Notes under the pieces: model-generated
What the model was told of the DNA's origin: nothing
Databases searched by the model: none
The model's input: the letters and a program-made list of their open reading frames with translations, nothing else
From: Diplonema japonicum
Lineage: Eukaryota; Protista; Euglenozoa: Diplonemea
NCBI GenBank assembly: GCA_964019335.1
Contig: OZ025714.1
Location: 433,901 to 497,900 of the forward strand
DNA: 64,000 nucleotides
Direction of reading: 5' to 3'
Made by a program: the position numbers and the translations under genes
Shown: one piece after another, positions 20,528-32,000 of the stretch
Layout of the letters: each line of letters begins with the position of its first letter
How positions within the stretch are numbered: the first letter of the stretch is position 1

Positions 20528-22240
20528 CTACACGGTAGTGTAGTGTGGGGGGTCGACCAGCGGGGTAAGTTTTTGGGGTTTGGCAGAAGCCAGCAACTTC
20601 TGCAGTGTGTCAACTTTGCGCCTGCCTGCAGGGACCCAGGGAGGGAGGGGTGCTGCAGTGTTCTTCACTTTTATAGGAGACAGATGTGACTTCTGAGGTC
20701 CTAAACGTGTCGACTTCAAGGGGCGCCACTCAAGAGTGGTAGGAGGGGGCGGAGGTACAAAAGGCACAGGCCTCTTAATGTCAATCGTTGTGCACGTCTC
20801 GAACAAGTCGGAGATCCATCTCTCTATAGGGCTGCTAAGAGAGTACTGCATCAGAGCGGAGAAGCCTGGCCTAGCACGCACCTTTGAAAGGTAGCGGATG
20901 ATGTCAGGTGTGATGGTGTTGTTGCTTTCTTCGTATGCGACACGTGTCCGGAAGCAGAGGTGCCACGCCACCGCGTCGATGCCAGGGGGGACCTGCTTGA
21001 TGGACATCACTGCCACTTCTACATGACACCCTAGACATCGCAGCCGCAGCACATGGAAGCCGTATTCTTCTAAAACAGGCTTCACGATGTACCCACCGTT
21101 AGAAGTGCGCTCCAAACCACGTCGCAGGGCATCGCCACGCAGCCCTTCCACCACCACAGTGTCATCGACTAGCTCTGGGTACCTCACGTGGTAGGGAATT
21201 CGCACCTCACGTTTGTTAACGAAGTAGAAGCCTACCCCAGGCACCGTCTCTTGCCCCATCTCTACTGTGTATATGATTTTGTGCATCTCGTCCTGGTGCT
21301 GCAGTATACTGGTCTCTTGCGGCACCAGCCGGATGTCGTAGACCTTTGCCACTATGGACTTGTCTTTCGGTACTTTCTCCTTCGTCTCTACTTTCGTTTC
21401 GATCATAGGCACATCGCCTCGCGTGTCGGTAACTAAATAACTGTTTTCAACATCTAAAGTACTGTCGTGCAAGGAACGAGACACGAGTGTGCGTGGTGTT
21501 GAAGAGAACGACGCGTAAGAGAAGCCCGAGCTAAGGGGCGAAGGCGTGGGAGAAACTGGCGCTGTGCTCAATGAGGGGGTTCTCACCTTGGTGTCCCCCA
21601 GCGAAGCCGTAGAGCTATCACGTAATATGTCATAATCCAGCAACTTCGTGTCACTCCCTGCCTTCGCCTGTGCGATACTGCCGCCCTCATAGGAGGCTTC
21701 GTGCCTCTTCGTACTTATCTCCAAGTGCACTTTTGCCTTAGCTTCATTCGCAAGCTTCAACGCAGCCTTTCTCTCTCTTTCTTTTGCTGCTTGTGCAGCT
21801 CGTTGCATTGCATCTATTTTCTTTTTCTTGTTTCCCAGTGCGAGTCTTTCGCACATGCCTTTCATAATCCGGTGAAGGCGGAAGCACAATCTAACCCTCT
21901 CTTTGTACCGTCGCCAATACTGCAGGATCAGCATGCCGGCGTGCTGCTTGAATGACCACAATTCCTGCAGTTCAGTTTCTGCAAGCTGCCTGTTGATCAC
22001 CAAACGTAAAAGCGTTCGCTGCTTGCTTGCCACTCGACGCCTCCAGACACTTTGAACGCGTACAACTTGCATGGTGTAAAGCATTTCCCTCCCCAGACCT
22101 GCACGGCCGACTTCTTGTATTCTCAATACCGCCCGCACTTGTGCATTGCGCGCCTCTTGCAATACGTACGCCATAAGGTCATCTTCTTCCTCATCCTCCT
22201 CATCCTCCTCGTCCTCTTCTTCCTCGTCACTGAAGTCCAT
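20528..22240 (-). CDS. Hypothetical protein with IQ-like motifs and acidic N-terminus
   Basis: 570 aa; IQEVGRAGLGR, VQSVWRRRVA and ILQYWRRY are IQ-like. Confidence 0.65.
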   Translation of the reverse strand: MDFSDEEEEDEEDEEDEEEDDLMAYVLQEARNAQVRAVLRIQEVGRAGLGREMLYTMQVVRVQSVWRRRVASKQRTLLRLVINRQLAETELQELWSFKQHAGMLILQYWRRYKERVRLCFRLHRIMKGMCERLALGNKKKKIDAMQRAAQAAKERERKAALKLANEAKAKVHLEISTKRHEASYEGGSIAQAKAGSDTKLLDYDILRDSSTASLGDTKVRTPSLSTAPVSPTPSPLSSGFSYASFSSTPRTLVSRSLHDSTLDVENSYLVTDTRGDVPMIETKVETKEKVPKDKSIVAKVYDIRLVPQETSILQHQDEMHKIIYTVEMGQETVPGVGFYFVNKREVRIPYHVRYPELVDDTVVVEGLRGDALRRGLERTSNGGYIVKPVLEEYGFHVLRLRCLGCHVEVAVMSIKQVPPGIDAVAWHLCFRTRVAYEESNNTITPDIIRYLSKVRARPGFSALMQYSLSSPIERWISDLFETCTTIDIKRPVPFVPPPPPTTLEWRPLKSTRLGPQKSHLSPIKVKNTAAPLPPWVPAGRRKVDTLQKLLASAKPQKLTPLVDPPHYTTV

Positions 22241-22306
22241 CTGGTACCTGTGGTGCGTTGGGCTGAACAGAGCAATGAAAAACTCGTAGCCGCACTTAAC
22301 TATTGA

Positions 22307-23008
22307 CTATTGACGGCCTAAAGGAAACACCACCTTCTGCATGCATGTAGGGAGCATGATCAGCAGCCGTGCTACCGCACCGTACCAAGGGTCATAACTT
22401 CTGGGGTGTCTGTGGGTGGCATGGAGCACAAGGTCAGCCAACCCCGGAGGGTGTGACGAGTGCAGGGTCGTGAAGTAGACATTGGGATGCGTCTGATGCA
22501 GTTCTGCTCTGATCGCTTCAGCAAAACCAAAAGTGGCCCACGCTGCCATCGTGTGCGGGTAGCCGTTGTGTCCCACTAAAGAGTGGTACCCATCCTGTAC
22601 CAGAACCACGGCCTGGGGACCTTCCTTTCTTGCGCAGTTTTTAACAAAGTTTTTTATTTCCGAAAACGGGAAAACGTCTAGCGCGCTCTGCATCTCTTCC
22701 TCTGATACGTCCTCGAACTTTGCGGCGTTCGCAGCCCCCACCCTCCCGTCAAGCACCAAGCAGTCGTTCCCCGCGTCTGTCACCACAGCACCACTCTTCA
22801 TCAACACACTGCGCATGTCTTCTCCAAAGCCCTTGACGCACACCTTCTTACCTTCCCAGACCCACCCTTGTGCCCTGACAGCGCCCCTGACAGCATCCAA
22901 GCAGTACACCAAGCCTAAGCACACGAATGCTAATAAATAGAGCTCCCACGGAAGCACAGCAATAACGAACGGCAGGCAGCAGGCGGCTGCATCAAGTGCA
23001 CCTGGCAT
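22307..23008 (-). CDS. Divergent short-chain dehydrogenase/reductase-like membrane protein
   Basis: N-terminal TM; FEDVSEEE and AWATFGFAEAIRAEL resemble the SDR core; the catalytic YxxxK is degenerate. Confidence 0.55.
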   Translation of the reverse strand: MPGALDAAACCLPFVIAVLPWELYLLAFVCLGLVYCLDAVRGAVRAQGWVWEGKKVCVKGFGEDMRSVLMKSGAVVTDAGNDCLVLDGRVGAANAAKFEDVSEEEMQSALDVFPFSEIKNFVKNCARKEGPQAVVLVQDGYHSLVGHNGYPHTMAAWATFGFAEAIRAELHQTHPNVYFTTLHSSHPPGLADLVLHATHRHPRSYDPWYGAVARLLIMLPTCMQKVVFPLGRQ

Positions 23009-23084
23009 CTTTCCTAGAGGGTAGAGGTGGGTGGGGGGGTGGTTGTAGGTAACGGCGATATGCAAATGGCATGTAAATGCACAG

Positions 23085-24158
23085 CTAGTAATCAGGCTTC
23101 ATAAAAGTTCGCAGGTAAGCAGCGAGCTTCGCATTGCCAGCCTGCTCGGCGAAGGCAACAGGGGAGTTGTTGAACATCTCACTATCTGCAAGTTGCTGAC
23201 CGCAGTCTTCGATCAAGTACTTGATAATGCGGAGCGCACTCTCGTGGTCGGGATTCCGGGCAGCCAGCTGGATGGGTGTCCAGTAGAGCCCCGGTGTGGT
23301 GAGAGATGCACCTTTCGAGATAAGCAGTTTTGTGAGGGAGAACATGCCCGCCTTGATGCAGTAGTAGAGTGCAGTCATGCTGGACGAGTCGGCGGTGTTG
23401 ATGGCAACGAGGGAGTCGTGCCTGCTGACAAGGAAGGACGCGACGTCCTCCTTCTGCAGCATGCAGGATATAAGCAGGGGTGTCTGGTGCTTGGCATTGA
23501 GGGCGCCCAACACAACACCTTGAGCTTCGAGGATCTTAACCACAGGGAGGGAGCCTGCGAGGGCTGCATGGTGCAAGGGGGTGTTTCGTGTCTCGGGGAC
23601 AAGGGCATTGAGGCCCGAAATGTCATCATCATGAGTGACAATGAATGCTACAAGGGAGGCGTGGCCACTGCGGCAGGCAATGTGGAGGGTGTTCCCGATA
23701 GTGGGGCAGATCTTGGAAAGGCTGAAAGAGAACTCGGAGACGAGCATAACCAACATGGCGAGATAGCCCCGCTCTGCTGCAATGTGGAGAATCGTGCGCT
23801 GCATGTTGTGGAGGCCCCTCACATCCAGAGGCCGCAGCTGTAAGAGATGCATCCTCAGGTCAGGCAGGCTGCCGTGCTGGGCTAGACGTGTCTCCTTTGT
23901 TGATGTAGCAGCGTCCCAGAAAGCAGGGTTGTTCCACATGATGCGCACGATCTCTTTGCTTTGTTCCCGTCCTGCTTCCTCTTCGATGGCTTTCATTGCG
24001 CCAGCACGCATTCTCTTCTCTGCAGCGTACCGTTCCTCTTCATCGTACTTTGTGCACACCTGCAGTGCCCTCCGCAAGTGTCCCTGTCCTTGGATCCCGA
24101 TGAGGTCTTCCTTGTCAGGTGTCGCGGCCCTGCTCCATGGCCCAGGCGTTCCCGACAT
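23085..24158 (-). CDS. Ankyrin-repeat protein
   Basis: Multiple ankyrin repeats (TILHIAA, TLHIAC, TPLHHAA, TPLLISC). Confidence 0.88.
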   Translation of the reverse strand: MSGTPGPWSRAATPDKEDLIGIQGQGHLRRALQVCTKYDEEERYAAEKRMRAGAMKAIEEEAGREQSKEIVRIMWNNPAFWDAATSTKETRLAQHGSLPDLRMHLLQLRPLDVRGLHNMQRTILHIAAERGYLAMLVMLVSEFSFSLSKICPTIGNTLHIACRSGHASLVAFIVTHDDDISGLNALVPETRNTPLHHAALAGSLPVVKILEAQGVVLGALNAKHQTPLLISCMLQKEDVASFLVSRHDSLVAINTADSSSMTALYYCIKAGMFSLTKLLISKGASLTTPGLYWTPIQLAARNPDHESALRIIKYLIEDCGQQLADSEMFNNSPVAFAEQAGNAKLAAYLRTFMKPDY

Positions 24159-25476
24159 TCTGCAGGGGTGAGGAGTTAAACAGTTCAAACAAAGCGGGGG
24201 GGGGGGGGAATAAAACAGATTGAAATAAAGGGGAAGAGAGGATGGAAGCGGGATGAGGACAATAAAATATAATAATAATATAAAAAAAAAAAAAAAAGGC
24301 TTCTCTTACATACGAGGGGATGAATCTTTTAGCATTTTTCTTTCTTTCTTTCTTTTTTTTCTTTTTTCTTTTTGGAGCGATTTTGTTTTTTTTAAAAAAA
24401 CCAACATGTGCTCTGGCACTCGGTTCACCTTGCCTTTATAACACGCATGAACTCAACACCAAAGAAACTGCCCACTATTGGGATGCCTGTTGTTCCTTTG
24501 GGGAGAAGGAAGAAAGGAGGGGGGAAGAAGAAGAAGACAACGTGAGAAGAGGTGTGCTTTGTTTTTATTTCTCCTTATAAAATAGTCTAAAAAGCGGATG
24601 GGTGGGGGAAAAAAAGATTTTACCCTTCCCATTTTAGCTGTTTAACTTTTTTGTTTCCGTTTTTTTTTTCTTTTTTTTTTCTTTTTTTGCATTCATGGTT
24701 TATAAGAAGGGAAGGGGGGGCAAGATCACTGTACTTAAGAGTGTTTTGTAAAAACACCCCCACGCCCCTCCCCCTTTTTTTTTCTTGGAGGTTTTAATAA
24801 AGATCGAAAAATAAAATAAAATAGTTTACGCAGCAAAAAATAAAGTAAAAAAAAACTATAACCACTTCATGTCGGTGGGCACGTTATCTTTCTTCTTCTT
24901 TTTTATTTCTCCCCCCCTCCCCCCCTCTTTCTCCTTCTTTCGTTTTTTTCTTCATTTCTTCACAAATCCTTCCCCATTGGGTTTCTCTTTTTTTTTCATT
25001 TAACATGCCCCGAACCAATTTGCTCACCAACAAGCTAACTTGTACTATGCTATCGACACCTTGGTGTCAAAAGGAGTTTTTAAAAAATAAGAATGAAAAA
25101 AAAGGGGGGGAACTTTTTTTGCGGGAAACACGGAAGAATACAACTGGAAGGAGGAATAAATTACAATAGGGTAGGACGGCCATATCTGCTTTTTCTTCCC
25201 CACTCCCCCCCCCCCCCCCCCTTTTGCTCATCTATTCCTCTTATTGTTCTTGTTTCTTTGAGAAACGGAACACCCTCACAACACCTTCCCACCCAGCGGT
25301 CGTCCGTACACGGACAGGCACCGTATCAACAGTAAAAGACAAGCAAAAGCTCGTTAGTAGGAAGAAAAAATAAAAAAGGTGGGGGGGGTGGCATTCGTAT
25401 CGCTTTGCACACCTTTGAAAGGGATTTTTATGTTTTTTTTTTCTCTCTCTTTTCATCGATTTCCTTTGCAACCCTT

Positions 25477-25941
25477 TCAACTGCGCGCATCGTGACCATG
25501 GTTTCTTGATATCGGGTAGAATGGTTGCGGCTCGGTGGGCACAGGTGTCACTGGTCTGTCCACTCTCGCTTCTGGCTTGCTCGACACAGGTGTGTAGGGT
25601 TCTGACGAGCCATGAGTGAGGAGGCTGCCATAGCCGGAGTCGCAGGAAGACCTGTCTGAGATGGAGAAGGTAGTGCCCCTGGGCGGCAGCCCCTCATGGT
25701 ACAGAGCATACTGCTCCACATAGGAATGCAAGGCAAGCCACGGGGGCAGCGGGGGAAGTGGGACGCCTTTCTTCGCGAGCTTTCTCACGCTCTTCCTGAT
25801 TTTGTGCTGGCAACATGGGCAATACAAAGGCATGTATGCAACCCACGGGAGGTCAGGTGGCGGCATGTAACCCCCAAACGATGGTGGCAGGGGAGCCTGC
25901 GCATTTGGAGGAGGAGGGTAGTAGCCGTAGGGGTACATCAT
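25477..25941 (-). CDS. Proline/tyrosine-rich hypothetical protein
   Basis: GC-rich ORF between AT-rich tracts with a CACAG acceptor upstream. Confidence 0.5.
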   Translation of the reverse strand: MMYPYGYYPPPPNAQAPLPPSFGGYMPPPDLPWVAYMPLYCPCCQHKIRKSVRKLAKKGVPLPPLPPWLALHSYVEQYALYHEGLPPRGTTFSISDRSSCDSGYGSLLTHGSSEPYTPVSSKPEARVDRPVTPVPTEPQPFYPISRNHGHDARS

Positions 25942-26511
25942 CGGCTTTGGTTTAGTCTGAGATCTTGCGTCCTGTGTGTGCGTTGAAAATAATAAAGAGT
26001 GAGCCAACACACCTCCATCACTTGCTTGTATACTTCTTCAAACTACAGACTTGACATGAACACACGGCCTCGGCTAATTTTGCAAGAAGAAAAATGAAGC
26101 CCTCCTATAATGTGGTTAAAAAAAGGGGGGGGGGGAAACACAATGCCTCAACAATCACAGTCGAAGAAAAGATAAAAAGGTTGGGGGGGGACACAAACAG
26201 TAAGGGAGCTGGGAAGAAGCGGGGGAAAGGGGGTGGGGAGCACGATGCGAGGGGACAGAGACTATACTCTCTTTTTTTTTTCTTCTTTTTCTAAAGAATT
26301 TTTTTTGTTTCGACCTCTCTCTGTCTTAATTGTCCCTATTCACCTGTGTTCATTTTTATACAACAAATGAAGTCACCTGCATGGCAGAGGGTGTGGAGAT
26401 GCAGGTAGCTGTGTGCAAAGAGAGGCCTGTCTGGTGTACTATGGTGGCGGGGGGTACTCTACAAACGGGGAGGAAGAAGGAAGGGAGAAAAAAGGGGGGA
26501 GGGGGAAATAT

Positions 26512-26802
26512 CTATTTCTGCTTGAGCCAGTGCTTGTGGTGCCCTATGCCTTGCGAGTTGCACAGGATCTCCTGGAAGTACCACTGTTTGTGTTGTGAGT
26601 CGTTACGCTTGCATACTCTGTACGGGAAGTTCCCCTCTTGGTCCATGTCACCTTCAAGGGCTGCGAATTCGTCATCCTTCATCTTGTCACCAACCTCTGT
26701 CAGCAAGGTCTTGACCACGTTGAAGGGCAGGAATCCAGTCTTGCCATCGTCGAGCTCTTCGAACAGAGCCATCAACTTGTCGCACCCAGATGTCTGTGAC
26801 AT
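26512..26802 (-). CDS. EF-hand calmodulin/myosin-light-chain-like protein; probable intron 26584-26616
   Basis: LFEELDDGKTGFL..LLTEVGDKM..GNFPY; contains a 33-nt in-frame GTATG..ACAG segment. Confidence 0.7.
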   Translation of the reverse strand: MSQTSGCDKLMALFEELDDGKTGFLPFNVVKTLLTEVGDKMKDDEFAALEGDMDQEGNFPYRVCKRNDSQHKQWYFQEILCNSQGIGHHKHWLKQK

Positions 26803-26902
26803 ATTGTAAGCGGTGTCCCTGGAATAGCTAACAATGAGAAACGAAACCAAAAAAAAATCACTCAGCTGCATCACTTGACAGGTTAGATGAAGAATACAGT
26901 GC

Positions 26903-28115
26903 TCACTCGGTTTTCCTCTTCTTAGCTTCACTCTCTTCCCCGGTTCGCTTGTTAGGCAGCCTGAAGGTCACACAGAGCATTTCCTTCTTCGGCGCCACAT
27001 TGCGAACCTGGTGCGTGCTGACCTCGGTCACTTCCTTAGCTAGGGACACCCCGAGATTCTGCATAGCAAGCTCGATGGAGTGCTTTTTGAAGTCGGGTTC
27101 TGAGGAGAAACAGTACACGTGCACCACAGTACGCGAGGAGTACGTCTCGGTTGGCCAGTCCTTGAAAGCATCCAGGAACTCGACTGCTGTGGCAGGAAGG
27201 TTCATGATGAAGTGCACGTCGCTGCCGGGCTCTTGCAGCACAGTGTCCCGTATCTTGTGTATAAAAGCCCTCCCGTCCAAACAAGAGGAAGTCACATTCC
27301 GCGTCACGCCATTCGTCTTGCAGTTCGCAACAAGTGCCTTGTACGACTCGGGGTTGAGGTCGTTCCCATAGCACGTGAGCCCCTTCTTCGCAGCAGGGAT
27401 CACAAAAGGCCCCACGCCTGCCATCACATCGGCAATGATGTCTCCCTTTTTGCACACGTTCACAAGCCTGTCGTGCTCTGTCTGGAGCCTGGAGTTCCAG
27501 TACACCCTGTCATAAGGGAAGGTGAAGACACAGCCGTGCTGTTTGATCGTTGCCGTGTATTCTGCCTTCCCTCCCAGGAGCTCGAATTTGAACTCCCTGA
27601 ACTCGCTCCCAATGCTGGCCAGCTTGTTAACTACGGTCTTGACACCGGGGTTCTTGTCAATGATGACCTGACCTATGAGGAACCTGTACGGGTGGTGCTC
27701 TTCCTTCAGGTTGATGTGTGCGATGTGGCCGACGGTCTCGAAGGAGGCGGGCACTGTCATGCCCTCTGGGAGCATCTCTCTGAGGATCTCGTTACCAGAG
27801 AAGTTCACTGCCGTCAGCTTCACATCCACGTCCACCCTCTCACCCTCCACTTCGCTTACGTCGTCCATCTTGCCCGGTGCGACAAGCCATATCTTCTTGC
27901 TGGCATCGTCCTTGTCGTCCACGACAGGCCGTATCCCTTTGCGCGAGTATCTCGCATCCTTGTGCTTCCTCGCTATCGTCTGGATGTTTTCCTTGGGCAC
28001 CTTGATACCCTGCACGCTTATCGTGCGTTCGAAGCGGGAGCTGTTAGGTGGTAGTTACTCCTTCTTGTGCATACTAGTAATCCGCAGTTGCTTCTTCTGT
28101 TCTATCTTCCGACAT
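26903..28115 (-). CDS. TRM5: tRNA (guanine37-N1)-methyltransferase; intron 28041-28074
   Basis: FETVGHIAHINL, VYWNSRLQTEH, DVMAGVGPF, NDLNPES and IMNLP motifs. A 34-nt intron joins MSEDRTEEATADY to the ORF. Confidence 0.92.
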
Positions 28116-29028
28116 CTCTTTTTTAAATATATTCTCCTGTGGAAGGCATAGCGGCACACAGATAATGTTAGCAAGGCAAGATACTTTATGCGCATCAGTG
28201 TGCGTTGTGATAATATTTATATCGGAGAACAACGAGCATCCGCTGGTGGTCACGGTGCTTGCTCCACAAAATACATTAGCAAGTCACGTAAGGAGGATAG
28301 GGGAATCGTACCATCACAACACCCCCCATAAGTAAAATAAAATAAAAAAGAAACATTTAAGGGTATCTGCGGTATGTGGCAGGACGCCTGAAATAAAAAA
28401 CATCGGGTTCACCCGGGCAGCTGGTACAAAGCAACAAATTTCTGTACAGAGCCCTTCCTGTGATGAATGGGTTAACAGAACGGGGAGAAGAAACGAAAGA
28501 ATGAAAGCACACTGGGCAGACCACAGAACTGCAAGCAGACGGCTGCTATGGTTGGTCATGTGTCAGAGTGGTGAGAGGCTTTGACGCGAGCATTGCTTGG
28601 TAAAAAGCTTGTTGAACGCGGCGACTACTAGTGGTGCGCGAGCAACAAGACAAGGGTAGACATGCGGGGGTAGCATTTTGGCATTGCGCGAGACACGCCC
28701 TTCAAAGGGCTTTTATTAAATGATGAATGTGGCCACCTATTCGCTATTGTCCGAAGACCAAAAATTCCCAATTTTCCCAAAGGTTAGTGACGAAATTTTC
28801 GAAAAGAAGCGGTTTGGATCGGCTAGGGGCAAGGTTCGTGCCAATTCTTTTTTGTTTCCTCCTTTTTTTTCTTTTTTTTTCCCTTTTTTTTTTTCCCTTC
28901 TTTTTTTTTTTTTTTTGTTGTCGTTGGGGCACGAACTAAGGACAAATAGCGAATGAGTGGCCAGAAAAAGATCTTGTAAGAGGATGAGGTAAGAGTTAAA
29001 TCGAATGGATTGTGTGAAAGGATGGTAC

Positions 29029-32000
29029 TTAATAGGGTGAAGTCGTGTTGTGCTTCGGGCTCCTTCGGTAAGAAGCTACTCTTGCAGCTTCCTTCAGTGA
29101 CATGCTGGCCTCCATTCCTGTCTGGTTTACAAATTTTGTGAGCAGGTTATCTTCATCCTGCAGCAACTCGTGGGGGTCTCCAAAGGCGGCCACCTGCCCA
29201 CCGCTCAGCACGAGGATCATGTCACTGTCGATGACGGTGTGCAACCTGTGCGCGATGGTGAGCACAGTACAGTTTTCGAAGCTTCGCCTTACAGTCTCTT
29301 GGATCACCTTGTCGGTCTCAGGGTCCACGTTTGCCGTCGCTTCGTCCATCATCAATATTTTGTTTTTCCGAAGCAGTGCTCTTGCAAGGCACACAAGCTG
29401 CCTCTGCCCAACACTGAAGTTTTTCCCACCTTCAGAGACCTCGAAGTCCAGCTTCCCGTTCAGCTCTTCCACGGTACTCTTCAGCTGCACATCTTCGAGA
29501 GCCTTCCAAAGCACCCTGTCGGTCTCCACCATGTCGAAGGGGTCAAGGTTGTACCTCAAAGTCCCGCTGAACAGGATGGGGTCTTGCGGGATCACAGAGC
29601 ACCTGCTTCTGAGGTCGTGGAGCCCTAAGTCTTGGCAGTCAATCCCGTCGATAACTATGGTGCCGTGCGAAGGCTCTACAAGCCTGAACAATGCCTGCAT
29701 GAGCGATGACTTCCCAGCACCTGTGCGGCCCACCACGCCGACATTTGAACCCGCCTCGATCTTGCAACTTACCTTTTTGAGCACTTCTGGCAACCCTTCC
29801 CTGTATCTAAGGCTGTACTCCTTGAATTCGATACTACCTTCTGCAGGCCAGCTCGGAGGAAGATTCACTTCTGGCTTAGTCTCTGCAGGTGCCTCCGGCG
29901 TGAGGTCACCGTACGTGCGGACCCTTTCGCAGGCCGTCATGTTGTTCTCTGTTTCTGCCGATTGCCTCACACACCACTGGAAGGAACCCGCAAGGGCTGT
30001 AGCGTAGGTAAGCGACAAGGCAGCATCACCACTAGACATCTGATTCCTGGCCAACACCGCAGTAATGGTGACAGTGGTGATGAAGACCCACGACATTGTG
30101 TCAAGCCTGAGGCCAATCCACCTGTTGCAGGCCAGAAACAGAAAGAAGGCGCTGTTGTGGTCGTTCTGCGCTGCTTTGTACCGACTCAGGAAGAACTTGC
30201 TTTTGCCGAACGCCCTGATAGTGTGCAGCCCACTGATCCCTTCGCTGAACATGCTGTACAGCGGCGACCTGGCGTTGGCTTCAAGGCGCTTCACCTCTCT
30301 TGCAGTTGCCACGAAGTAGCTCCTGAGGAAACCGAAAACGATCACCAACGGCAGGACAATAACCATGACCCAGTAGTTGACAACAACCACGATGACCACG
30401 CTCCCTAAGACCAGCATGGATTGCTGCACACAATCAAAAAAGATCCATGGGAGCAGTTCGTCCATCTGGCCGAGGTCCTTCGAGAACCTGTTCAGCACTC
30501 TGCCGCTCGGGTTTGTGTCGAAGAAGCCCACCGGCGACCTGATGAGTGCCTTGAACATCTTGTTGTGGAGATTGGTGCTCGAAGTGAGAGCCAGTTTGAA
30601 GAACAACCCTGCCCTGATGAAACCCAATACGACAAGAATGGAAATGGAAACGATGTACACCCTGTAGTGATACTGGCTGTCCTGGTCGTTCGCTGGGCGG
30701 TCGGTCCACCTTGAAAGCCATACGTCGTTCAACACAAACATCGTCTGTGCCGCAAAGGCAAGGATCACGAATAGGATAGACGAAGCAACACCTCCGTTCT
30801 GGAAATATGACACGTACGAGGCTAAGGACACAGACCCAGTCATCCTGTCCTCCTTTGAAAGGTCTTCTTGTGGTGACGAGCTATCGGTCACCTGCTTCGC
30901 CTCTTCCGTGGCGCGTTTGTCTTCTGCGACCTCCTCAACGACGATGTCGGAGACGTCTTTGACGTTGACCTTCTGGTCGGCAATCTCGATCACGCGATCG
31001 CAGCTGGGAAGGAACTGGTGTTGGTGAGTGACAAGGATTCTCGTCTTGTTTTTTAGGATGCCGTTGATGCACTTATCGAAGATATGCCTACCGACAATGG
31101 TGTCGACGGCAGAGAGGGGGTCGTCCAGCAAGTAGATGTCGCCTCCCTGGTAACACGCGCGTGCCAACGAAATCCTGGCACGCTGCCCCCCACTGAGGGT
31201 GATCCCACGCTCGCCAATCATTGTCTGGTCGCCATTCGTAAACTGTTCGAAGTCAGGGTACAGACAACACGCATCGACCACACGGTTGTACCTATCCTCG
31301 TTGAACTCCCTACCGAAAAGGATGTTCACGCGGACCGTCTCACTGCTGATCCACACCTCCTGCTCGGCCAGAGTCGGCCGGCACTTGACTGAGATGGATC
31401 CTTCACTCACAGGTAGCTCTCCGATGATGGTAGAGAGCAAACTCGTCTTCCCTGCACCCACCACACCAGTGACACCAAGCAGCTCGCCTTCCTTCACGTT
31501 CAGTGACGCATTCTTAAGTACAGGAGTTTCCGTCCATCCAGCAGTCACGTTGGCGAACTCGATGGTTGTGGAGCCCTCCATGGGCTTGACAACATCGTAG
31601 GCGCTATATTCCTCTTTTAAGAGGAAGTTTTGCAGTCTACTGATAGAGACCAAACACTCAGATCCGTTCTTGATAGCCTCTGGGATGAACAAGGAGACAG
31701 AGATGCGCAGCACATTGATGTACATCATCACAGAGAAGACCTTTGAAGGTGTGAGGTCGTCATCGGTGGTGTGCACGTAGATCGATAGAATGATGAACAT
31801 AATCAGCGGTGTTGAAACGAAGAAAAAGCCTGCGTTGAAAGCCCTCAGGTTAGCTGTCATCTGGAGCTTTGCAGCCTCCTGAACCCTTATGCCCAGAATG
31901 GTGTCGGAGAAGGGCTTTTCCCACGCGTACATTTTAATGAGGCGGACCCCCGTAATGAGCTCGTTCATGTACTTAACCCGCTTGTCGGTCCATGATGCCG

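Noticed and set aside
20508-20533. 26-nt GTGTAG..CTAG intron fusing the 20528-22240 and 20091-20498 ORFs
   Set aside because: In frame, but the donor deviates from GTATG and it is shorter than the other introns; unresolved without RNA data.
28184-28320. Possible C/D snoRNA (GTGATGG...CTGA on the minus strand)
   Set aside because: Imperfect C box and no recognisable guide sequence or terminal stem.
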